Notes under the pieces: generated by a model | What the model saw: the letters and a program-made list of their open reading frames with translations, nothing else | Databases searched by the model: none | What the model was told of the DNA's origin: nothing | Shown here: one piece after another, positions 1-9,158 of the stretch | Layout of the letters: each line of letters begins with the position of its first letter | How positions within the stretch are numbered: the first letter of the stretch is position 1 | Made by a program: the position numbers and the translations under genes | Assembly: GCA_900318305.1 (NCBI GenBank) | Contig: ONKB01000056.1 | Span: 360-64,359, forward strand | Origin: an uncultured Prevotellaceae bacterium | GTDB taxonomy: Bacteria; Bacteroidota; Bacteroidia; Bacteroidales; Bacteroidaceae | Length of the DNA stretch: 64,000 nt | Direction of reading: 5' to 3'

Positions 1-617
1 ACCACAGTACCGAGAAGACCGGTTAACACACCGAGGGTTACGATAACGGCCAGAATAGGCAGATTCATCTGCAGAGAAGGCATCTCAAGAGCTGTAGCCT
101 CACCGAGAGCTTTCTGGATACCCTGAATCTTCTGCTCTTTATCCAATTCAGTGTTGCTTGCCATTTCCTGATATTTGCTCAGAGTGGCTGTAACAACATT
201 AGCTACAGAACCGCCCTGCTTGTCGCAGATAGCCTTGGCTGCTGCCATGTCGTTCTTGGCAAGAGCTCCCTTGATTTCCTCAACAAACTTATCCAGGCTG
301 CTCTTACCGAAAGCTGTCTTCAGAGCCAACCAACGCTCAATGGTCAATGTTACAACAGCAAACAGCTGAGTCCAAATAATAGGCACGATAACACCACCGT
401 GATATATTGTACCAAGGATATCCAGAGGCTTACCTTCAGGATCACCGCCTGCGAAGTGACTGGAGTCACCAAACACAAACTTAAAGATGATAATGGCAAT
501 TACCAAACAAATGACAAGGATTACCCATGCATTCTTGATACCTTTAAAACCAGCCTTTTTCTTGGCTTCTGGTTTCTTGCTTGCGTTAACCGCAACTTTT
601 GTTTCTTTTGTTTCCAT
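1..617 (-). CDS. MotA/TolQ/ExbB proton-channel family protein (3' end runs off the window start)
   Basis: Own minus-strand translation from the ATG at 615-617 gives METKETKVAVNASKKPEAKKKAGFKGIKNAWVILVICLVIAIIIFKFVFG...LPILAVIVTLGVLTGLLGTV. The TM helix / soluble insert / TM helix layout is typical of Bacteroidota ExbB-like proteins. The gene is open at the window edge, so it is absent from the ORF track. Plus-strand ORFs 175..369 and 399..635 are its antisense shadows. Confidence 0.7.
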   Translation of the reverse strand, partial: METKETKVAVNASKKPEAKKKAGFKGIKNAWVILVICLVIAIIIFKFVFGDSSHFAGGDPEGKPLDILGTIYHGGVIVPIIWTQLFAVVTLTIERWLALKTAFGKSSLDKFVEEIKGALAKNDMAAAKAICDKQGGSVANVVTATLSKYQEMASNTELDKEQKIQGIQKALGEATALEMPSLQMNLPILAVIVTLGVLTGLLGTV

Positions 618-847
618 TTTTTTGTTTTGAATTGAATTGATTAATGTTATAAATATTGTATAAGTATAATTCTGAATCTGTGTTTCCTGACTTGAAAAAT
701 GACTTGAATCCGCTATACCTTGCAAAGATATAACTTTAATTTGAATTAAACGCTTTGAAGACGGAATATATTTGTAAAAAATATGGATAATGTAATATGT
801 AACTTAGTTATTTCATACTCTTTTGTTATATTTGAATGCTTTTTTAT

Positions 848-855
848 TAACTTTG
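848..855 (+). promoter_or_regulatory. Bacteroidota -7 promoter box (TAACTTTG) for ilvE
   Basis: Matches the TAnnTTTG consensus 48 nt upstream of the ilvE ATG. Further matches (TATATTTG) lie at 767-774 and 827-834. Confidence 0.4.
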
Positions 856-902
856 TAAGTAGTTAGTGTGATAATTCTAAATTCTATCAAAAATATAATT
901 TT

Positions 903-1922
903 ATGGAACAAATAGATTGGGGACATTTGCCTTTTGGCTATATGAAGACAGATTACAATGTACGCTGTTCTTATCGTAATGGCAAATGGGGAGAGATTGA
1001 AGTATGCTCTTCTGAAATAATCAATATCCACATGGCGGCTACATGCCTGCACTACGGGCAGGAGTCTTTTGAGGGTCAAAAGGCTTTTCGCTGTCCTGAT
1101 GGAAAAATCCGTATTTTCCGTTTAGACGAGAATGCTGCCCGTATGCAGAGTACTTCTCGGGGTATAATGATGCCAGAGATGCCTACAGAGTTGTTCATTG
1201 AAATGGCTAAGAAGGTTGTCAAGTTGAATGAGCGTTTTGTGCCGCCATATGAGAGTGGGGCGGCTTTGTATCTTCGTCCCCTGATGATAGGAACAAGTGC
1301 ACAGGTTGGTGTTCATCCTGCTGAAGAATACCTGTTCCTTATCTTTGTCACCCCGGTTGGACCTTATTTCAAGGGAGGATTTGCTTGTACCGACTATGTT
1401 ATTACCCGTCGGTTTGATCGCTCTGCCCCTCTGGGCACAGGTATTTACAAGGTTGGTGGTAATTATGCTGCCAGCCTTAAGGCTAATGACGAGGCTCATA
1501 AGGCTGGTTATTCCTGTGAATTCTATCTTGATGCCAAGGAGAAGAAATACATTGACGAATGTGGTGCCGCTAATTTCTTTGGTATAAAGAACAATACTTA
1601 TGTGACCCCGGCATCAACGTCCATCCTTCCATCCATAACAAACAAGAGTCTTCAGACTTTGGCAGAGGAATTGGGCCTTAAAGTGGAGCGCCGTCAGATT
1701 CCTGTAGAGGAACTGGCTACTTTTGAGGAAGCAGGTGCCTGTGGCACAGCCGCAGTAATTAGTCCTATCACCAAGATTGATGACCCTGAGGCAGGGAAGA
1801 GCTATGTGATAAGTAAGGACGGAAAGCCTGGTCCTGTATGCCAGAAACTGTATAAGAAACTTCGTGACATACAATATGGTATTGAACCAGATAAGTATGG
1901 CTGGAATACTGTGTTAGATTAA
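903..1922 (+). CDS. ilvE: branched-chain amino acid aminotransferase
   Basis: 339-aa ORF with class IV aminotransferase stretches (FEGQKAFR, LYLRPLMIGT, VGGNYAASL). Confidence 0.9.
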   Translation: MEQIDWGHLPFGYMKTDYNVRCSYRNGKWGEIEVCSSEIINIHMAATCLHYGQESFEGQKAFRCPDGKIRIFRLDENAARMQSTSRGIMMPEMPTELFIEMAKKVVKLNERFVPPYESGAALYLRPLMIGTSAQVGVHPAEEYLFLIFVTPVGPYFKGGFACTDYVITRRFDRSAPLGTGIYKVGGNYAASLKANDEAHKAGYSCEFYLDAKEKKYIDECGAANFFGIKNNTYVTPASTSILPSITNKSLQTLAEELGLKVERRQIPVEELATFEEAGACGTAAVISPITKIDDPEAGKSYVISKDGKPGPVCQKLYKKLRDIQYGIEPDKYGWNTVLD

Positions 1923-1946
1923 TTCTCAAATTAATGCCGATTAACT

Positions 1947-2606
1947 ATGTTAACAAATTCTGAACTTAGAAAAAAAGCGCGTCGTGTTTTAGAAGGCGCT
2001 TGGGGAAAGGCTGTAATTGTTACGCTGATTTATTATGTTATTAGCGCAGGCTTGTCTGCGAGTGTGTCAATTCCTTTTGGTTCCGATTTGTGGCTTTCCA
2101 ATGGAAGTTCCATGGTAATGACATTGCTCTGCCTGCCTCTTTCATGGGGGTTTGTTGTGTTCTTCCTCTCTTTTGTCAGGAATCAGGAAAAAAGTGTCGG
2201 GTCGTTATTTGATGGTTACAAACGTTTTGGTAAAGTTTTCCTGACCATGTTCATGAAGAATTTATTTATTCTTCTCTGGACACTGCTTCTGATTGTTCCG
2301 GGAATTATGAAGAGTATGGCATATGCCATGACAGAATATATTCTACTGGATAATCCTGAAATAAGTGCTGAGGATGCTATTCACAAGAGCCGGGTCATGA
2401 TGGACGGACATAAGATGAAGTTGTTCCTGATGTATTTGAGTTTCATCGGTTGGGCCATCCTCTGTTTATTTACATTGGGATTGGGTTTCCTGTTGCTCGT
2501 TCCATATATTGAGACCTCTGTGGCCACTTTCTATCAAGACCTTCTTGAGGAACAGAAAAAGGCTGATGCCCGTTTGAATCTTGATCAGGAAGAGCCAGCC
2601 TTCTGA
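1947..2606 (+). CDS. DUF975-like integral membrane protein
   Basis: 219 aa with an N-terminus MLTNSELRKKARRVLEGAWGKAV followed by several TM helices. This is the pattern I recall for DUF975. Confidence 0.65.
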   Translation: MLTNSELRKKARRVLEGAWGKAVIVTLIYYVISAGLSASVSIPFGSDLWLSNGSSMVMTLLCLPLSWGFVVFFLSFVRNQEKSVGSLFDGYKRFGKVFLTMFMKNLFILLWTLLLIVPGIMKSMAYAMTEYILLDNPEISAEDAIHKSRVMMDGHKMKLFLMYLSFIGWAILCLFTLGLGFLLLVPYIETSVATFYQDLLEEQKKADARLNLDQEEPAF

Positions 2607-2667
2607 AAAGACATAAGTTGGCTGGAAATACGAGAGATAAAAGCAAAATAATTCGGTTTTGTTTTTC

Positions 2668-2721
2668 AGCATAGAAGAATCCCCGAAAAATCAGTATTTC
2701 TTTCGGGGATTCTTCTATGCT
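2668..2721. terminator. bidirectional stem-loop between convergent genes
   Basis: Perfect 21-bp inverted repeat: AGCATAGAAGAATCCCCGAAA (2668-2688) and TTTCGGGGATTCTTCTATGCT (2701-2721), with a 12-nt loop. It lies between the 3' ends of 1947..2606(+) and 2774..5296(-). Confidence 0.6.
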
Positions 2722-2773
2722 ATATATAACGATGTGAGTCAGGTATATTAAATTCAGCCAGCAGTTGCCTGAT

Positions 2774-5296
2774 TTATCGTAGCGGAAGGGTAGCGATTCC
2801 GTAGGATTTCAGGGTTGTCTTGTATTCTTTGTCATTAATGATGACCGATACTTTGGTGGCACGGCCTTCTCTCTCATTGAGGCGCATGAAGGGACCTTGT
2901 CCTTCGTCATCGATGACCGTGATATCAACATTTGGCTCACTCGTCTGGATGAGAGCCTGCTCTGGTGGCATATTTCCGCCTTGCGGATGACACTCGCAGA
3001 CATAGACACATTGCTTGGCGCTACGGAAAGAGGAAGGAAGGTGGGCATCCTGCCATTTTCCTCTATAGGGTTGTAAAAGTATGCGGTGACGGTATGCTCC
3101 GTGGAAAGGCTCTGAATACCATGCGGCCTCATGCTCAATGTTGTTTTTCCCTTTGTAGCTTAGTCCAACGTTGCGTATAGGACCTGATGTGGTGGAAGCA
3201 CCAAGATATAGTGTCATCTCTCCGTTGTCCAAATTGGCACTGAAAGCTTGTTCTCCGCTCTGTGGACTTACCATGAATCCCCCTTGTTCTCCATGCTGAA
3301 TCCACATTGTGCTGAGCGGGCAGAAATAACTCAGTCCGGGTTTGCTGTATTCCGATATGCCGTATGGGATGTCGTAGCCCACAGTGCCTTGGGTATATGT
3401 GTTGAAAATAAGATTAAGTCCCTCAGGGCTGAACGTATTGCCTTTAGTTGCGCCGTTCTTGCGTATCAGGGTGGGGTGGGGAAATTCAAAACTGATGTCA
3501 AGGAATATCCTGTTGCCGGTCAGGGTAAGTGTCTCGCTGAAGTGCATGAGCCAGTCGGGCTGATAGTTAATGCACAGTTGTGGATGCAATCCACTGCGGC
3601 ATACCTTGGTGCGCACGGGACCATAGGGTTTCATGGCATGCCAGCTCTCGTTTTCTTCTCCGGAGGTCAGCTCAGCCAGTGAGCGTATTAGGAATGTGTC
3701 GAGAGCGACAGTGATTCTCTGTCCCTCACGGGTAAGGATGTTTATTTTTGTGCTGTCTGCAGTAATACTCATGAAAGCATTCTCAATGTGGTTACCTTTT
3801 TCCCATACAGGATTGTCTGCCGTTTGGCGGCAACGGGCACCTATGAGTTTGTATCCAAAGGAAGGAAGTGAGATGTCGGCACTTATTTCACAACTGTTTC
3901 CTGCCCAGGCTGAATAGGACGGAATAGGCTGGGCTGTATTGCAGTCATAAAGTGTGTATGGCTGGTCGGTATTCAATGTGATGGTATGCCTGCGTGCCTG
4001 CTCCGCATTGAACACAAGGAAATATTTATCATATCCGTAATCCTTTAATTGTGATGCCAGCATATTCATGGCACGTTGTATGATGTGGCGGGAGAGGCGG
4101 CTGCTGTTCTGGAAAGACTGGATGCGTTCACGTCTTTTCTCATACAACGGATACCATCCCTTGGCATCGCTGTTAACACCCCAGAGAAGCAGGTGCTCGG
4201 CTTTGCTCAGCAGTGTGACTGTTCCGTTGCGGGAAAGGAATCGTGGTTCGATATCAGGATAGAGATCGGCACGTTCAATGTTCCATGTAAGAGGGTCTTG
4301 TTGTAGGGAAATATCAGAAGAGGCAAAAGGCTGGTCTGCCTCGACGTCCCACAGAAATCCAGCCAAGGCATTTGTGATTTTTGCGGCACGGAGGTCATCC
4401 ATGGCCCTGTTGGTAGATTCCTGTACCTGTATGTCGAGTGGGTCGGCGGTCCAACGGGAGTAGGTGCCGTTATCCCGGTGACGAGCCTTGGCAGAATGGT
4501 CCACGTATTTTTCTTTCTCCACGCCAAAGCGCCGGATGTAGTCTTTGACGGTAATCCATTCCACTTCAATGTCGTTTTGGTTATGGTTAAACTGATCTAC
4601 TGTCTTATATGCTTTTGTGAAGGTTTGTGGTATTTCGTAGTCTTCCTCCAGGGTGATGAGGCTTCCGGCAGGGGCTTGTTTTATTTTTGTGATGAAGTCG
4701 TTGCGGGTAATCGGGACGCATATAGAGAGGCTCCCGTCAAGTCCTCGCAGGTAGAAGGGACGCCATGAGTCGTCACTTGTGATGATGGGGGTCCATGTCA
4801 CACCGGTGCGATTGAAAATGTAAGGCAATTGCGGGTGATAGGCTCTTTCTTGTAGATAGAAACCGTCGGTTTTCTCCCCGGTGATTTGCTCTACGATGCG
4901 TGTTCCCAGCCATGTGCATCGGTAGTTGGTTTCTCCGTCCATATTTACATTTACCGGCTCGCTGTAGAATGTACCGGTAAAGTTAAGCTGACCCCTCCGA
5001 TGTATTTCCAATGCGTGTGACAGGACTTGAGGGGCAGTTTGCTGGAGGGAGCCCAATGTCTGGCCGCTGAACTGTATCTGTCCGCGGAAATCGGGATGTT
5101 CGTCCATGAAGTCCATCAAATCATTATAGATGACAGGGAATTCTTTCCATATCGTAGGGCGCACATAACGGTCGTAGTTCATGTTGCCATGAAGAATATA
5201 CGTCATGTATATCTTGTGTCTTGCACTTGCTGTTGCCAGTGGCAGGATGGTGACAGCAATCATAATGGCTTGGATAGACTTGCGGAGAAATTGCAT
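2774..5296 (-). CDS. secreted GH57-like glycoside hydrolase
   Basis: The signal peptide MQFLRKSIQAIMIAVTILPLATASA begins at the internal Met (5296). The N-terminal domain aligns by eye with GH57 blocks: HGNMNY vs HNHQP, QFSGQTLGSL, RRGQLNFTGTFYSEPV, GFYLQERAYHPQL (nucleophile Glu retained). Start chosen 27 nt downstream of a -7 box. Confidence 0.6.
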   Translation of the reverse strand: MQFLRKSIQAIMIAVTILPLATASARHKIYMTYILHGNMNYDRYVRPTIWKEFPVIYNDLMDFMDEHPDFRGQIQFSGQTLGSLQQTAPQVLSHALEIHRRGQLNFTGTFYSEPVNVNMDGETNYRCTWLGTRIVEQITGEKTDGFYLQERAYHPQLPYIFNRTGVTWTPIITSDDSWRPFYLRGLDGSLSICVPITRNDFITKIKQAPAGSLITLEEDYEIPQTFTKAYKTVDQFNHNQNDIEVEWITVKDYIRRFGVEKEKYVDHSAKARHRDNGTYSRWTADPLDIQVQESTNRAMDDLRAAKITNALAGFLWDVEADQPFASSDISLQQDPLTWNIERADLYPDIEPRFLSRNGTVTLLSKAEHLLLWGVNSDAKGWYPLYEKRRERIQSFQNSSRLSRHIIQRAMNMLASQLKDYGYDKYFLVFNAEQARRHTITLNTDQPYTLYDCNTAQPIPSYSAWAGNSCEISADISLPSFGYKLIGARCRQTADNPVWEKGNHIENAFMSITADSTKINILTREGQRITVALDTFLIRSLAELTSGEENESWHAMKPYGPVRTKVCRSGLHPQLCINYQPDWLMHFSETLTLTGNRIFLDISFEFPHPTLIRKNGATKGNTFSPEGLNLIFNTYTQGTVGYDIPYGISEYSKPGLSYFCPLSTMWIQHGEQGGFMVSPQSGEQAFSANLDNGEMTLYLGASTTSGPIRNVGLSYKGKNNIEHEAAWYSEPFHGAYRHRILLQPYRGKWQDAHLPSSFRSAKQCVYVCECHPQGGNMPPEQALIQTSEPNVDITVIDDEGQGPFMRLNEREGRATKVSVIINDKEYKTTLKSYGIATLPLR

Positions 5297-5323
5297 GTTG
5301 AATTGTGTTTGGATTATTATTGG

Positions 5324-5331
5324 CAAATTTA
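5324..5331 (-). promoter_or_regulatory. -7 promoter box (TAAATTTG) for the GH57-like gene
   Basis: The minus strand reads TAAATTTG, 27 nt upstream of the ATG at 5296. Confidence 0.45.
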
Positions 5332-5338
5332 CAATAAT

Positions 5339-5351
5339 AAAAAAAAAAAAA
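5339..5351. repeat. homopolymer A13 (T13 on the coding strand of the GH57-like gene)
   Basis: Counted directly: 13 consecutive A from 5339 to 5351, starting 8 nt upstream of the -7 box, in the promoter spacer. Confidence 0.95.
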
Positions 5352-5431
5352 CTCCGGTCAACTTCTTAAATTAGGATGGTGATGAGGAAATTGACCGGAT
5401 TGTTGTTGAAGATATTGAACTTATGTTAGTT

Positions 5432-7846
5432 TTACAGATGCCATCGTAAATCCACACCCAGTTGGAAGGGAATGCCTTTCTGATAGTATTTTCGCTGGGC
5501 GGATTCAAAATAGAAAGCGTTATACTCGGTACATGTGATGTTGTCTCCCCAGAGATTGATATTCCATTGTCCGAAATCGAAGAGGATGTGTGTTTTCAGT
5601 GTGCAGTAGAAATCTTGACTGGCAGTGTTTTCCTCATTCCAGTAAATACGTCCCAGTCCATTGCCTTGTACGCCGACAATAATATTTTTAAGGGATGAGT
5701 TGCTGTTCTTGAGTATATTGTAATCTACGGTGAGCGACGCATTATGCTCAGGAATAAACGGTACGATGTTTCCTTTGCAATCTGTGGTTCCGGTATTGTA
5801 TTTGCGGAATTGTGAATGGGTGTATCCGTAATTAAGCATTGCGGTTACCCTGTCCTTGAAAAGATTTCCCTTTACTCCGAATTCAAGTCCGCAACTATGA
5901 CTGTGACCTGCGTTTACCATGATGCGTCCTAAGCCACTGCTGACGAAACGGGAAATCTGCTGATTGCGAATATCCATGAAGAAAATGGAGAAATCGGCAA
6001 GGACTTTGTTGTCCCAGAGATTGAGGTGAGTACCCGCCTCATAGTTCCAGCATTGTTCTGGTTTATAGGTTACAGTACTCTGTACGTCAGGCAGGGGACC
6101 AATGGGTATGTTATCATCGATAGACTGTTTGATGCTAAGGAACATATCGCTCATGGAAGGCATCTGCTGAGCATGTTGCGTCATGGTCTCATCAAGATAA
6201 TCCCGGGTGAGTCTCATCATGTCGTTTTGCATGACAGCCGACAGGATATCAGATATCATCTGGATATTGTAGCCACCCGATCGCTGACCTTTGGCGACTG
6301 TGATATAAATATTGCCGAGACGATTTTTCAAGTCATATTGAAAGGCAATCTTAGGTAGAAGTGTCGTGTAGTTGTTCTTGATTTTACCATTGAGTAGGGT
6401 GGTAGTTGCCATATCTTTGTCAATATGATGGCTTGGCATGCTGAAATTGAAATTGACAGGTTTTCCTCCGCAGTAATTCATTTCTTGTCTTTCATGGTCC
6501 AGGCGAAGTCCTAAGGTCAGGGCAAATCGTGGGAACAGGAAGTTGTGGAGTGTCTCCTGGAAAAACAAGGCTCCGTTGAGAACTGGTGTACGGAAATAGG
6601 CTGGCACACCAAAATAGGAGTCAATAATAGTAAGCGACATAGGCATACTCTGGGTTACAGGTTGCCCTGTACGCGGGTTGGTTACGGTAACTGTAGGAGT
6701 GGGCATGTTTCGTGCGATGTTGCTGTTGAGCATATCAACACCGTCTTGGTAGAATGTGACAGGCGAATGGGTTCTTGATGCCTCCCAGATACCAAAGACA
6801 CCTCCTGTCCACTCCCAGCGTTTGAAAGGTTTACTCTTAAGGGTTATTTCCTCAGAGAGAGAGTTGATTTTCTGACGTTGTTCCAGGGTAAAGTAGTCTT
6901 TATAGACGAAATCCTGGTCCATGAGCATCCGGTCATCTAAATTGCGATAGCTTGTTACGGAATTGAGCAAAAACGGATTTCCTTCCCATGACGCTTTGAA
7001 ACTAGTGCCCAGCATACTCCTGCGATATTTGCTTTGGCGATTGGAAGTGATACGGTCCATGGCGTGCTCAATCTCAGGACCGCTGACTTGTCCGCCGTAG
7101 AAATATGGATAACCGTCTTCATCAGAGTATTCGTAGGTACAGTTAAGATCTAAGAGCCATTGTGATGAGGGACGGTATAATAATCTCGCCTGAGTGCCGA
7201 AACTGTTGTTGCCTCCCACCTTTTTATTCAGGCTGTCATTATGCCAGAAGCCATTGTTTGTCTCGTAATATCCCCCCAGGCTGAAAGCCATTTTGTCAGA
7301 CAACTTCTGGTTGGTAGTAGCTGATACGAATAACTGTCTGTTTCGTGTCGCTGATGTGAGTTTAATGTCTGTACCTTGATAATAGAAAGGGTTACGGGTG
7401 TATATGCTCAGGATGCCACCCATGGCGTTTCGTCCGTATAGGGTGCCCTGAGGTCCTCTCAGTACTTCAATGCGGTCGGTGTTCAGGAGACTTAGAGAGT
7501 ACTCGCTTTTTTCCGTTACAGGAGCATCATCTATGTAGAGTGCTACGGCAGGCGTGTTGATGCGCGAGCCGATACCACGGATGTATAGTGCAGATGAAAG
7601 TTTGGAGCCGTATCGGGGCATAAAGAAATTGGGGACGATGCTGTTTAAATCAGGTAGTTCTTGAATGCGTAACCGCTCTATCATGTCATGGTCGGTTAAA
7701 GTCGTAGATGTAGCCGTCTTGCGCAGCCCGCTTGTCTGCTTGTTGGTGGTGCGGACAACAATCTCGTCCATGTCAATAGTTTTTAACGTGTCTGTTGCCG
7801 GTTGCAGGATGGAAGCGGCGGCAATAAGAAAAAGTGAGAGTAACAT
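5432..7846 (-). CDS. TonB-dependent outer-membrane receptor
   Basis: 804 aa. Features: signal peptide, plug-region motifs (IVVRT, GIGSRINTPAVALYIDD, RIEVLRGPQGTLYGRNAMGG), a long beta-barrel and an aromatic C-terminal end. Confidence 0.85.
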   Translation of the reverse strand: MLLSLFLIAAASILQPATDTLKTIDMDEIVVRTTNKQTSGLRKTATSTTLTDHDMIERLRIQELPDLNSIVPNFFMPRYGSKLSSALYIRGIGSRINTPAVALYIDDAPVTEKSEYSLSLLNTDRIEVLRGPQGTLYGRNAMGGILSIYTRNPFYYQGTDIKLTSATRNRQLFVSATTNQKLSDKMAFSLGGYYETNNGFWHNDSLNKKVGGNNSFGTQARLLYRPSSQWLLDLNCTYEYSDEDGYPYFYGGQVSGPEIEHAMDRITSNRQSKYRRSMLGTSFKASWEGNPFLLNSVTSYRNLDDRMLMDQDFVYKDYFTLEQRQKINSLSEEITLKSKPFKRWEWTGGVFGIWEASRTHSPVTFYQDGVDMLNSNIARNMPTPTVTVTNPRTGQPVTQSMPMSLTIIDSYFGVPAYFRTPVLNGALFFQETLHNFLFPRFALTLGLRLDHERQEMNYCGGKPVNFNFSMPSHHIDKDMATTTLLNGKIKNNYTTLLPKIAFQYDLKNRLGNIYITVAKGQRSGGYNIQMISDILSAVMQNDMMRLTRDYLDETMTQHAQQMPSMSDMFLSIKQSIDDNIPIGPLPDVQSTVTYKPEQCWNYEAGTHLNLWDNKVLADFSIFFMDIRNQQISRFVSSGLGRIMVNAGHSHSCGLEFGVKGNLFKDRVTAMLNYGYTHSQFRKYNTGTTDCKGNIVPFIPEHNASLTVDYNILKNSNSSLKNIIVGVQGNGLGRIYWNEENTASQDFYCTLKTHILFDFGQWNINLWGDNITCTEYNAFYFESAQRKYYQKGIPFQLGVDLRWHL

Positions 7847-7876
7847 TATTATTTTAATTTAAGTAGTATTCAGGTG

Positions 7877-7884
7877 CAAAATTA
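7877..7884 (-). promoter_or_regulatory. -7 promoter box (TAATTTTG) for the TonB-dependent receptor
   Basis: The minus strand reads TAATTTTG, 31 nt upstream of the ATG at 7846. Confidence 0.45.
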
Positions 7885-7962
7885 GAAGTATATCCTCACT
7901 CCTACAATACTTAATTTTATGGATTTTTCCAAATGTCCATGTCAAAGCCGTGGCTATAATAT

Positions 7963-7998
7963 GCACAAGGGCAGCCAACATGTTGGCTGCCCTTGTGC
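7963..7998. terminator. perfect 36-bp palindrome downstream of leuB
   Basis: GCACAAGGGCAGCCAACA | TGTTGGCTGCCCTTGTGC. It lies 60 nt after the leuB stop and before the receptor promoter. Confidence 0.7.
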
Positions 7999-8058
7999 AA
8001 ACTGGACAATTGCTTTATAGTCTTTATGTGCTTCCTTTGTGCGGGAACCTGGAAAGAC

Positions 8059-9141
8059 TTATTTTTTGTTGATGTAATCAACGAGCCATGCTCCGACTTC
8101 TTTGGTGCCGTATTTCGTGCCGCCGGCGACCTGAATCTCAGGTGTCCTCACGTTGGCGTCGAGAGAAGCCTGAACAGCTTCGCGAATCAAGGCACCTTCT
8201 TCTTTCAGGTCAAAGTATTCATACAACATGGCGACAGAGAGTATCTGAGCCAATGGGTTGGCGATATTAAGCCCTTTTCCTTGTGGCCAGGAACCATGTA
8301 TAGGTTCAAAGACGGGGGTGGAGGTACCTGTTGACGCAGAAGGAAGCAGTCCCATTGAGCCGGTTATGCAGGAACCTTCATCAGTCAGTATGTCGCCGAA
8401 GGTATTCTCGGTTACCATGACATCAAAGAAGGTAGGTTCCTGAATCATGCGCATGGCGGCATTGTCAACATACATGAAGTCGGTAGTGACATCGGGGTAG
8501 TCGGCCATCATTTCCTGGGCGACTTTGCGCCACAAGCGTGATGAAGCCAGGACGTTAGCTTTATCAACGACAGTCAGGTGCTTGCGGCGCTGACGGGCAT
8601 ACTGATAACCCACTTTCAAAATGCGTTCAACCTCAGGACGACTGTAGTAGTTGGTGTCCAGGGCATCTTCGGTGCCGAGTTCCGCATTTATGGCAGGCTC
8701 TTGTTTCTTGCCAAAATACATGCCGCCTGTCAATTCCCTGATACAAATGAAATCAGCTCCCTTGACAATCTCGTCTTTCAACGGACTCTTGTGTACAAGG
8801 CAGTCAAAAGTAGTTACAGGGCGTATGTTGGCAAATAGCCCCAGTTTTTTACGCATGGCAAGCAGACCCTGCTCGGGGCGCACCTTGGCGGTGGGATCAT
8901 TATCAAATTTCGGGTCACCTACAGAGGCAAACAACACAGCATCAGCCTCTTCACAGGTCTTGAAAGTATCCTCAGGGAAGGGGTCGCCCACCTCGTCAAT
9001 GGCATGAGCTCCGCAAAGGGCTTCCTTGTATGTTATCTCATGTCCGAATTTCTTTGCTATGGCATCCATTACAGCAACGCCTTGTTGCATGATTTCGGGC
9101 CCGATGCCGTCGCCTGCTAAAACTGCAATTTTAAGTTTCAT
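8059..9141 (-). CDS. leuB: 3-isopropylmalate dehydrogenase
   Basis: 360 aa with the N-terminus [17 protein letters not shown] and the [12 protein letters not shown] signature of isocitrate/isopropylmalate dehydrogenases. Confidence 0.95.
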   Translation of the reverse strand: MKLKIAVLAGDGIGPEIMQQGVAVMDAIAKKFGHEITYKEALCGAHAIDEVGDPFPEDTFKTCEEADAVLFASVGDPKFDNDPTAKVRPEQGLLAMRKKLGLFANIRPVTTFDCLVHKSPLKDEIVKGADFICIRELTGGMYFGKKQEPAINAELGTEDALDTNYYSRPEVERILKVGYQYARQRRKHLTVVDKANVLASSRLWRKVAQEMMADYPDVTTDFMYVDNAAMRMIQEPTFFDVMVTENTFGDILTDEGSCITGSMGLLPSASTGTSTPVFEPIHGSWPQGKGLNIANPLAQILSVAMLYEYFDLKEEGALIREAVQASLDANVRTPEIQVAGGTKYGTKEVGAWLVDYINKK

Positions 9142-9158
9142 ATCAGTGAAGTATTGTT

